Below, piece by piece: positions 12,113 through 21,354 of a stretch of DNA of 64,000 nucleotides. Made by a program: the position numbers and the translations under genes. The stretch is from Naegleria gruberi (taxonomy: Eukaryota), in NCBI GenBank assembly GCA_000004985.1, contig GG738860.1, one strand, 5' to 3'. Every line of letters starts with the position of its first letter. The stretch's first letter is position 1. Below the pieces are notes generated by a model. That model was not told where the DNA came from. It saw only the letters and a program-made list of their open reading frames with translations, and did not search any database.

Positions 12113-13696
12113 TTACCATTCATCATCTGAATCAGTATCAGAATCCTCTTCGTCATGGATACCAGTGTTAGAGAACTTTTTCATGAGATATGACTTGAAA
12201 CCTTCCTTTTCATTTTCTGTAAAATCAGTTACAGGTGGAGGTGTTGGATTCTTCAAATTGTCCTTAGAGAAAGTCTTGATTTCAGAAAGGAAGTCAGCAG
12301 GCTTTGATGGAAGAGGTGGCTTTGAGACTGGAGGGGAGGTTGGAGTGGCCTTTGGTTTGACCTCAACCTTAATTGGACCTCCTCCCATTGGTGGTGGTGG
12401 TGGAATAGCTCCAACAGGAGGTGGTGGTGGAATAGATCCTCCCATTGGGGGTGGTGGTGGTACAGCAAAACTTCCTCCTCCCATAGGTGGTGGTGGTGGT
12501 GGAATAGATCCCATTGAAACTGGTGGTGGAGGTGGAATACTACCTGCTCCTCCATCATAGTCATCTGAAACATATGAAGTCATTGGTGGAGGTGGTGGAA
12601 CTGATCCTCCCATTGGTGGAGGTGGAGGAACAGATCCCATAGATACAGGCATAGGTGGAGGTGGAGGAACACCACTGGATGGTGAAGAAACTCCAAAAGG
12701 TGGTGGAGGAGGTGGAACTCTTCCTGAAGATGCATCACTAGAGACTGTTCTAATCTCATCAACAATTTGATTGTCATCTTCATGTGCCTTTTGTCTTTGT
12801 TTGGCAACTTTCTTTTCATACTTGTGCATGAGTTTTTGGAGACGTTCTTGAGTCTTTGGATCATTAGCTTCAACACCCATACCTCCCAAAACGTCCAAGT
12901 ATTCAGTTGGAAGACCGCTAGCTTCAAATTGGCCAGTTTCATGATTGATACCAACGTGAGCAGTGTTTTGGAAATTCTTTACAGAGCCCATTCTAAAGTT
13001 TGATCTTGAAGGTCTATTGTCAACTGGTTCTTCGACTGGTTTGACTTCTTCCTTCTTCAAGAACTTATCCTTGACACCTCTAAAGAAACCAAAGACACCA
13101 CCTGCTGCCTTTTCTTCCTTCTTTGGTACAGGACTACTTGGAGAAGATGTTTGAGGGAGTGGATTCTTTGGCTTGTCATTGGATGGCTTACTGATTGATT
13201 CAGGAAGTGGTGGTGGATTACTTGTTGCATTTGATGATACACTAGTTGGTGGAGAAGCAGAGACAACATTAGAGAGACGGTTGTTAACAAAGCTGCTAAA
13301 CTTTGAAGCAGCAGTCTTACTATTCAAGGCAACATTGATACCAACAATTCTATCATCGCTTTCAAAGGAAATAAAATTGTCATTCAATTGTTCAAATTGG
13401 AATTGTTCATAACATTCATGAGACCAAGTAACTTGATTGGTTTCAACATTGATTAGTTTCAAACAAAAGACATTGTTCATCAAATCCTTTCCGAAATAAA
13501 GGGCTCCCCAAATACCAGTATAAGACCATTCTTCTTCACCTTGCATACTTTCATAGATTGAAACAACAGCGCTTTGTTCAACACTCTTTTAAAAATATTA
13601 AGCGAATGATAATTTTATAAATCAACCTACCAAACCCTTAGTGGCAGTGAGAACAACACTAACGTCCAAAGGATCATATAATTCCTTATTGCTCAT
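12113..13696 (-). CDS. WASP-family actin nucleation-promoting factor (WH1-CRIB-polyPro-WH2-acidic), 2 exons
   Basis: Exon 1 is about 13631-13696 ('[22 protein letters not shown]'), followed by a GTAGGT donor and a 45-nt intron. Exon 2 is 12113-13585. It has a WH1/EVH1 N-terminus. It has a CRIB motif ('[25 protein letters not shown]'). There are repeated 'GGGG[S/I]IPPPPP' poly-proline units. There is a WH2-like '[16 protein letters not shown]'. The acidic tail ends '...DSDDEW', the conserved Arp2/3-binding Trp. Confidence 0.85.
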
Positions 13697-14085
13697 TTTT
13701 CTATTTTTTTTAAAATTTGATATTTTTAATAACCTTGATCATCTTGGAACATGCTGATGATGACTATTAAGATATTAAACTTCGTAAGGGCATGGAACCT
13801 TGTTCACTTTTCAATCACGTCTCTTTCAATGCCAGGCAAAACTATTGTTGCACAAATAAATCTTAATATCTTTCACAACTTCCACTAGCATTTATTTTGC
13901 TGCCTGACAGACAACCTATCAACACTTTAATGATTGCCCTGACATTCATATAGCCTTAAAAAAATGAGCAACAGCCAACGAAAAAGTAAGCAATCAACAG
14001 CAGCAGCAGCTCCTCATCAGAAGCTTCTTCATCACAACAGCAACGGGATGAAAGTCTACTATTGTTAGCCTACGAGGGTGAGAAT

Positions 14086-15549
14086 ATGAAACGATATCCA
14101 ACAAGAAGAGCATCACAATTAGCAAATGAAGCCTTGGAAATTGATAAGACAGATGATGAAGGTTTGTTTTTTCATCAATTAGGAAATTAAATTGAAACTC
14201 TAATAGATTATATTGACGAGGAAGCAGCTTCATCTAGTGATTCCTTTGATGATGAGGAAACTCTTGAAGCTGACTATGAAAGTGATTCAGATTCACAGAA
14301 AGAAAAACCATCATCTAAACGTAAGTCACTCTGTCAAAATATCAATCAATATTAATTTCATTCGTTTACCTTATTAACAACAGGTTCTCAAATATCAAAA
14401 CCTGCTAGACATGTATTAATGTCATGGTTGGAGGAACACTTTGAGCATCCCTATCCTGATGATAACCAAAAAGAAGAATTGATGAAAAAGACCGGTCTCA
14501 CCATTAATCAAATTAATATTTGGTTTGTAAATTCAAGAATGAGAGTGTGGAAGCCTAGGCATCACGATTCACAAATTACCAAGACTGAACCAAATTCACC
14601 AAATGGAAATTCTGATGGTTCAGGAAGTAAGCCAAGACAAGAGAAGAAAATAGACATGTTGAATGATGAATTGAAATCATCACTTGCAGCTCGAATTAAT
14701 CCAAACAATGCCAATGTTACCAGGACAAATATTGTGGGAAGTTTGCCTAATGGTCTACCAACTCCATCCACAGTCATCTGTAGAGGAAACTTACCTAAAG
14801 AAGCTGTTGATTCATTGCTCAAGTGGTTATTCGATAACTTTAGTCATCCATATCCTTCAGATGCAGAGAAAGATGTATTGGCTGAAGAAACAAATCTTAC
14901 CTTAACACAAGTCAACAATTGGTTCATCAATGCAAGAAGGAGAATATGGAAACCAATTCTCCAAAAAATCAAATCAAAGGGAATGGATAAAGATGAACTC
15001 CTTTCTCAAGGAAAACTATCAGAAGTTGCCAAATCATTCTATAAGGACCAGAAAATTGGGGAAGAGGAACCAACAAAGAGGAAATCTAAAAGCTCCAAAG
15101 GAGGTTACAGCTCAGATCATGAAGAATCCACACCTAAAAAGCAAAAGAGGGACAACTCTCTCCTCATACCTCAAGACCTGATGACCCATACAGAGCCAAC
15201 CATTACAAGAGAATCAACGATCAAAACTAGACCAAAAATTGAAAATAACAAATTAACTCATAGAGAGCTATTCATTGATCAATACAGACTCTCAATGGAG
15301 AATCAAAAGCTTGAGGAAGATATTCATCAAGTCTATGACAGGTATGCCTCAGTTTTGGAAAATATCAGTGAAAAGAATGTGAAACTTCTCTCCCACATTA
15401 CCCTCCTCGAACAAAAGCAACAACAAATAAGATTGAATAATGAACTCTTGAAGAAAGAGGTTGATTTATTGAGAAGTAGTAAGGTGGTGAATTCTAATCC
15501 TTTCAACGTGGGTTCATTCCTCGTGGAAGAATTAGGATCTTCAATGTAA
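14086..15549 (+). CDS. TALE-class homeobox transcription factor with two homeodomains, 3 exons
   Basis: The exons are about 14086-14161, 14207-14320 and 14384-15549. The donors are GTTTGT and GTAAGT, and the boundaries are consistent with phase 1. Homeodomain 1 is '...HFEHPYPDDNQKEELMKKTGLTINQINIWFVNSRMRVWKP'. Homeodomain 2 is '...FSHPYPSDAEKDVLAEETNLTLTQVNNWFINARRRIWKP'. Both carry the three-residue TALE insertion (PYP) and the WF.N.R recognition helix. The C-terminus is coiled-coil-like. Confidence 0.85.
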
Positions 15550-15554
15550 ATTAT

Positions 15555-16268
15555 TTACAAATTTCTGCATGCAGTGACAACATCAGGATGATGCTCAAGG
15601 TAGTACTTTGAAGCAAAATCAATAAACTCACTTGTTGAACCAATTTCTTGATAGTTGTCACCATTTTCTAGAATGATATATGGTGACAAGAATTGTTGTG
15701 ACCATTTACTCCACACAGATTTAAATGGTTTGACAATCCACGAGCTATCAGTATCAATTTTACTCTTCAAATCTAAGACAGCATTGTAGAATTGTTCATG
15801 GTTTGGGTGTGATTGATAATTATTGGTTACTTTTGGTGAATAGTTTGGTAACTTTTCAGCAATACACTTGGCAATATTAAAGCTCTTGAAGCTATCTTGG
15901 TTTTCTGTATTTACATCTGCAATAATGTGAAAGATAGATTTACTGTTTGCCAATCTATCAGTCAGATATTTATCTTTTCCGAGATGACTATAAAATTCCT
16001 TTCTCTTGTAGAGGATAGATGGATTACTAAGTGATCGTTTGATGATGAGTTGATAAAAGATTATTTGAATAACAACGATCGCCAGAATAATCGATAGTTT
16101 AAATGTTCTGGATGAATTCCACAAATTATCCAATAAGCGGCTGAGAGGAGGAAGTGGTTTTTCCTTGTTGCTATTTGATAATGTTGCTGATTTTGAATAT
16201 GACGATTCCGAGAGGGGAATATCAGCAGAGTGAAGATGTGATCGTGAGTGTGTTTGTGGCAGAGTCAT
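15555..16268 (-). CDS. Hypothetical type II membrane protein (237 aa)
   Basis: Intact ORF with a Ser-rich N-terminus and a single TM segment ('LSIILAIVVIQIIFYQLII') followed by a luminal domain. Possibly a glycosyltransferase-like domain, but no family is assigned. Confidence 0.4.
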   Translation of the reverse strand: MTLPQTHSRSHLHSADIPLSESSYSKSATLSNSNKEKPLPPLSRLLDNLWNSSRTFKLSIILAIVVIQIIFYQLIIKRSLSNPSILYKRKEFYSHLGKDKYLTDRLANSKSIFHIIADVNTENQDSFKSFNIAKCIAEKLPNYSPKVTNNYQSHPNHEQFYNAVLDLKSKIDTDSSWIVKPFKSVWSKWSQQFLSPYIILENGDNYQEIGSTSEFIDFASKYYLEHHPDVVTACRNL

Positions 16269-16428
16269 TTTATTTATTTGTTTTATTTGTCTTTCTTATT
16301 AGGAGGTCACAACTTCAGTTTACAACATCTTTTTGGAAGCCAACTTGGAGTGATGCTGCAGTTTTTCAATCAACGTTTTCAATCCAGTTCCCATTTGCTG
16401 TTCGTATTGTTGCAAAATTAAGTTGTTG

Positions 16429-18015
16429 TTAACAAATATTTAATATAAATATGTGGTTAATATAAAAGAGGTAAAAGTTATTGAAAGTATGCTTAAAAAA
16501 ACTTACAACTTGATTTTGCAAACTGGAGAGGGCTGCAGGATCACAGTAAATAGCATCATGCTTAATGAGAGAATCTATTGAGACTATGGTTGGTTCATCT
16601 ATCTTTCCAGTTGTTGAAATATTTTCGATATTTCCTACACTGGTTGGGAAAATATCCTTAATGATCTTTTTGAATGAAGGATAAATGATTGTTTCAATGT
16701 AAATTTCTGTTGGTTGCCTAACACAAACACCGGTACACATTTCAAAAAGCAAATATCCAAAAGATTCCAAAATAGTTCTTGCATTATTGTTAAATGAATT
16801 TCTAGCAAAGAGTAAAAATTGATCTTCCAATGAAGTTAGTTTGCAGTGGTAGTGAACTCCATTTTCATTGTTTGATTTTTCAATTAGAATATTCTTGGAT
16901 GAGATGTGAGTGTATTCAAATCCAATTTGTGAAAGAGACTTTAAAGCACAAAGTATTTGTCCACTAAATTGACTAATAATGTCAGGATCCATAGTATTTT
17001 CTCTCCTTAATGTTTCAATAAGTTGAGATAGGGTTCCAACTGTATTATGCGAAAGATTGAAAAGAGAGTAGCACCTTCCTTGTCCCAATGAAAAATCGAT
17101 ATGAGAAACTGGCATAATGTATGGAGATAAATTTCCAATATTTGACATCAATTGAATAAAAGACCTTCTCATTGTGGCGTCATTAATCATTACTACTGAT
17201 TGACTGGAACAATTTGTATAAACCATCAGTCCAAAGTTGACTCCCACTGCTGTATTTGATTGTGATGAATTTGATTGTGGTAATGTCACAAAATTAGTAG
17301 AACTGTTAGCACTGTTTGAGCTTGAATTATCATCAAAATGTATATTCTTTGATCCTCTATTCTTAATAGTTTGACAATAAGCTAAGGTTTTGTAAGATGA
17401 AGCATTTAAGGTAAGCAATAATTGAAAGTAACTTGTAACAAAATCTTTCAGAGATTCCTTCTTCTCAATGAGTTCATAATCTGTTGGACGTAAGACGGTT
17501 CTAACTTGATACATTAAATCAATATGACCCAGCACTTTCTTTTGATATAAGCTCACATAATCGGTAATTTGTCTATTCAAATTATTATTCTTATACTTTT
17601 GAATGAGATTTGAAAAACCTTCCTTCAAAATATTTCCACTCGAATCATCTGTTGAAGATTTGTGATGATAATAAGAATTGGACAAGGGAATTGTCTCCTC
17701 ATCATCTGCTTCATTATTAATATTTGATGATTTCACTTTTCTAGTTGAAGAAATTCCAAAAACTTGTAAAACCGATTCCGAATTAATACCCGATTCATAA
17801 TATGAAGCCTCTCTTCTTCTCCTAGTTATTATTCTATAAAGAACCAATCCAACACAGGCAAAAAACACCAACACGACCACAATCATCGAGATGATAAATT
17901 CGGGCTTTAAAATAAATAAAACTTCATCTGTTTCCGCATTAGAAGTTGCCATCGTTGAAGTGGAGTCCACCATTAAGTTATTACTGTTCATTACTTTTAG
18001 AATTTGATCTAACAT
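16429..18015 (-). CDS. Single-pass membrane protein with a degenerate protein-kinase-like (pseudokinase) domain
   Basis: There is an N-terminal TM segment ('FIISMIVVVLVFFACVGLVLYRII' + RRRR). The C-terminal region has a kinase-like layout ('GQGRCY', 'HISSKNILI' in place of HRDLKPENIL, 'LTSLED' in place of DFG). The catalytic Asp is replaced, so it is probably inactive. The 3' end may instead splice at a GTAAGT near 16512 to a short terminal exon ending about 16380. Confidence 0.45.
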   Translation of the reverse strand: MLDQILKVMNSNNLMVDSTSTMATSNAETDEVLFILKPEFIISMIVVVLVFFACVGLVLYRIITRRRREASYYESGINSESVLQVFGISSTRKVKSSNINNEADDEETIPLSNSYYHHKSSTDDSSGNILKEGFSNLIQKYKNNNLNRQITDYVSLYQKKVLGHIDLMYQVRTVLRPTDYELIEKKESLKDFVTSYFQLLLTLNASSYKTLAYCQTIKNRGSKNIHFDDNSSSNSANSSTNFVTLPQSNSSQSNTAVGVNFGLMVYTNCSSQSVVMINDATMRRSFIQLMSNIGNLSPYIMPVSHIDFSLGQGRCYSLFNLSHNTVGTLSQLIETLRRENTMDPDIISQFSGQILCALKSLSQIGFEYTHISSKNILIEKSNNENGVHYHCKLTSLEDQFLLFARNSFNNNARTILESFGYLLFEMCTGVCVRQPTEIYIETIIYPSFKKIIKDIFPTSVGNIENISTTGKIDEPTIVSIDSLIKHDAIYCDPAALSSLQNQVVSFFKHTFNNFYLFYINHIFILNIC

Positions 18016-18324
18016 GATGATGAATTAAATGTGTAGATTTTTTTGTTGAGTTTTTTCGTAAGGTTTGATGGGGAATGTGGCTGAAAGAACCTTGGGAGTG
18101 AATTTTGGAAAGTACTCTTGGAATGGAAAGAATAATTTTCCAATAAAATTTAATATCTCGGAGTGTATTGTAATATGCAATAATCAGATGAAAAGAAGTG
18201 GCGGAAGCAGGTTGGATCTCTCTTTCAAATAATAGTAAGTGGTAGTAGAATAATTAAATTTGTTTTCATTTTGGCGGTAAAAGAAGATTGGCGCCAATAT
18301 TACGTACAAATAATATTCAAAAAA

Positions 18325-19794
18325 ATGTCTCAAATAGAATTGAACATGTCTGCAACACCTTCATTCTCGGGCAACTCTCAGGTGCCACAATCCGAGTTTG
18401 ATCTGGTCAACATGACGGATGAACAACAGAGAGAGTTGGCTGTAGAATTGATTAGAAACACGCCAGAATATAAGGCAGCTTGGGAGCTGGAATTATGGAA
18501 AAAACGAGAAAAAACTGTCTACAAAAAACAACTTGAAGAGAAGGAAAAACAACACTTGAAGAATGTGGAAGCAAAATTAAGAGAGGAATTTAGTAAATAT
18601 GAAAAACAAATCTTGGAACAAAAAGAAATTCTTAAAAGTAAGGAACAACAATACAATCAAGTGTTGGAAGAGATGAATGCAAGAGAGAAACAATTGGTAG
18701 GAGTTGAACTAGAGCTGAGGAGAAGAAAAACAGAGCTAGAAACTGATTATCAAAGAAAAATCGAGCATATGGAACATGTGATTAAAATGGAGAAGGAATC
18801 TTTTCAACAGCGACTGCAATTGGAAACCATTAAAAATCAAGAGCTTCAGAAGAGAATAGACCAACAATTATCTCACGATGTGATGGAACTCAATGAGAGA
18901 ATAACAAAGCTTCAAGTAGAAAATGAATCCCTTGAATCAAAACTTCATCAAGCCACTAATTCCAAACAAAATTACAAAATCCAATGGAAAAAAGTATCTG
19001 AAGAACTGATTAGAACAAAGAAGAAACAAGAATCAGAATTGAGAAAATTACAGCAAAAGATAATTGCTCTCCAAACTTTACAGACCTCTCCATTGACTCC
19101 TTCACAACCACCTCCAATGAATCCATTCTATCCTCACCCAAATATGCCTCAAAATTACCAGTATCCAAATCAAATGAATCCTCACTCTCCATTCTATCCA
19201 TATCCTCCAATGCAATCCCCATTCGATCCGAATAATATGCAACAAAATCCTCAGAATTTCATTCCTCCAAATCAGCAGCAACAAAAGCAAGATGCCGATG
19301 AAATTGGTTCTCTCAAAAAGATGCTTGCCGATCTGATTAAGAAAGAAACAGAAGACAAGAAGGAAGATAGCAAACTCAATACTTCGACATCGAGTTCAGG
19401 ATCTACCTCTTCAACATCCTCAGGAGAGAGCAATCGTAAGGGTAGTAAGAGAACTTCTCCATCGTCTTCCCCTCCCACTGTAAAAACAGCAAACTCCACC
19501 ACAAAGAAAACCTCACCTCCTCGTCAACAACAAACTAAACAGGAAGTTTTTGCCTATCCATCGCCTCATCTCGATAACAGTAGATACGAAGAAGAACCAT
19601 CCTTAAACGAAACCCAAAACGATATTTCTGTTGAGGCTCACAATTTTGCAAATCATGACCAGAACGAGAATGATGAAAGAAGCAGAGAGTTTAAACGATT
19701 ACTCCGAGAGAAATCCAGACTTTTGAAATCTGGAATTTACGATTCAAAGAGTGATATTATTCTAGAAATTGAAAAGAAACTTCAATCTTTGTAA
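18325..19794 (+). CDS. Coiled-coil protein with a Pro/Gln/Tyr-rich and Ser-rich C-terminal region
   Basis: ATG at about 18325 ('MSQIELNMS'). It has about 250 aa of heptad-like charged coiled coil. This is followed by 'PPMNPFYPHPNMPQNYQYPNQMNPHSPFYPYPPMQSPF' and Ser/Thr-rich stretches. No family is assigned. Confidence 0.55.
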   Translation: MSQIELNMSATPSFSGNSQVPQSEFDLVNMTDEQQRELAVELIRNTPEYKAAWELELWKKREKTVYKKQLEEKEKQHLKNVEAKLREEFSKYEKQILEQKEILKSKEQQYNQVLEEMNAREKQLVGVELELRRRKTELETDYQRKIEHMEHVIKMEKESFQQRLQLETIKNQELQKRIDQQLSHDVMELNERITKLQVENESLESKLHQATNSKQNYKIQWKKVSEELIRTKKKQESELRKLQQKIIALQTLQTSPLTPSQPPPMNPFYPHPNMPQNYQYPNQMNPHSPFYPYPPMQSPFDPNNMQQNPQNFIPPNQQQQKQDADEIGSLKKMLADLIKKETEDKKEDSKLNTSTSSSGSTSSTSSGESNRKGSKRTSPSSSPPTVKTANSTTKKTSPPRQQQTKQEVFAYPSPHLDNSRYEEEPSLNETQNDISVEAHNFANHDQNENDERSREFKRLLREKSRLLKSGIYDSKSDIILEIEKKLQSL

Positions 19795-19983
19795 ATACTT
19801 ACGAATAATATTCTATCTATTAAGCGAAATAAACTCCAGGAAGTACTTGAAGAGATCATCTGCTTTACACTGTAAAGAAACTATTCATTTCTATTGGATG
19901 CGTGTTTCTCTTAATTCCATCGCTCATTGGAATAACAAGCTTCTTTAAATAAAAAGAAACCGCCAAAATTCACAAGTAAAAAA

Positions 19984-21318
19984 ATGACCCAAAACTCATC
20001 AACACCAACATCACCAATTCTCGGTTCGTCATCGTTTGATGACAACAAATCGGAGGCAAGTTCCACACCTTATGAACCATCCCCAGAGTTATTTAAAAAG
20101 CCAACAAAAACAATCATACAAACATCTGATGATGATTATGACTTTGAAGAAGAGAACGATAATAATAAGAAAGAAGAATCTTCTGATGACGATTCAGCTA
20201 ACAAATACGAAGAAGAAAGAAAAAAGAAAATAGAAAGAAACAAAATGTTACTTGCTAATTTAGGCCTTGGTAATGGTTTATTACCAAAGAATAATAACTC
20301 TACCACAACAAAGAAATCAAGAAGGTCAACCGGAAGTGAAAGTGGTGAACCAACAGAAGTCAGAAGATCTTCCAGACTTTCGTCTAAACCAAAACCAGTC
20401 TACAACTATAGAGAACTTGAAAAGGTAGAAAAAGAATCTAGAAGAGTCATTGCACAAGAGAAAAAGCTAAAGAAGGAAGAACAAAGATTAAAATACTTTT
20501 CAAAGAGAACACTGAGGAAACATCGTGGTGAAGAGGAAGAAAGTGCTGAAGAAACTGATGAAGACACTTACGTTTCCGAATATAATGAAAATAATAAGAG
20601 AAGAAGCTCAAGAAATAAGAAGAAGATTGATTATGCAGGTTTGGAACATGGAGACTCAGAAAGTGAAGGTGAATTTGAAGAATTTGACCAGGTGACAGTA
20701 GTAGTGGAAGAATCTCCAAAAAAGAAAAAGAAAGTCACCAAAAAGAGTACGATTGCTTCTCCAGTATGCTCTTTTTCAAATTTTACAATATCAGATGAAC
20801 ATGCTGTTAGCTACACTGAAATTGGTGGAACAGTTGCTGAGACACCAAGCGATGAGAATATCACTCATGTCGTTACAAAGGTCTACAAGAGAACTCTCAA
20901 ACTCATGTGTGGAATAATTAGAGGAGCTTACATAGTGTCGGAAGATTGGCTCCTGGATTCTTTAGAAAATGGATATTTTGTTGATGAGAAACCATATCTC
21001 ATTAAGGCTGATGGTGTGAGTCTATTACAAGCAAGAAAACGTGCCTTAGCCCAACCAATATTTGCAGATCTCAAATTCTTTATTTGTGATGATGTACAAG
21101 CTCGTGATATTGTAACACAAATCATTGAAACAGGTTCAGGGTCGATTATCACTGCCATTGATGAAATGTTGGAAGAGGACTATGATTTTGAGAATTGCTA
21201 TATTATATACGAAGAGGAAGAGACAAAAGACAAGTATCCAACACTACCAAACGAAGTTTTCAGGACAAAGGAATTTATCTTCACAGCTGCTGTGTCCCAA
21301 AAAATAGAAGATGTGTAG
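19984..21318 (+). CDS. BRCT-domain protein (Lys/Glu/Ser-rich N-terminus, C-terminal BRCT)
   Basis: The C-terminal 110 aa ('ITHVVTKVYKRTLKLMCGIIRGAYIVSEDWLLDSLENGYFVDEKPY...FFICD') fit the BRCT fold signature, including the conserved Trp. The upstream part is a charged low-complexity region. Confidence 0.6.
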   Translation: MTQNSSTPTSPILGSSSFDDNKSEASSTPYEPSPELFKKPTKTIIQTSDDDYDFEEENDNNKKEESSDDDSANKYEEERKKKIERNKMLLANLGLGNGLLPKNNNSTTTKKSRRSTGSESGEPTEVRRSSRLSSKPKPVYNYRELEKVEKESRRVIAQEKKLKKEEQRLKYFSKRTLRKHRGEEEESAEETDEDTYVSEYNENNKRRSSRNKKKIDYAGLEHGDSESEGEFEEFDQVTVVVEESPKKKKKVTKKSTIASPVCSFSNFTISDEHAVSYTEIGGTVAETPSDENITHVVTKVYKRTLKLMCGIIRGAYIVSEDWLLDSLENGYFVDEKPYLIKADGVSLLQARKRALAQPIFADLKFFICDDVQARDIVTQIIETGSGSIITAIDEMLEEDYDFENCYIIYEEEETKDKYPTLPNEVFRTKEFIFTAAVSQKIEDV

Positions 21319-21354
21319 ACAAGAGATGACATTTGACGACATCAAAATTAAAAA

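Noticed and set aside
12165-12573. Plus-strand ORF (131 aa, Gly-rich) and a second minus-frame ORF (His-rich) overlapping the WASP proline-rich region
   Set aside because: These are antisense or alternate-frame read-throughs of the CCN proline-codon repeats of WASP. They have no independent start or splice support.
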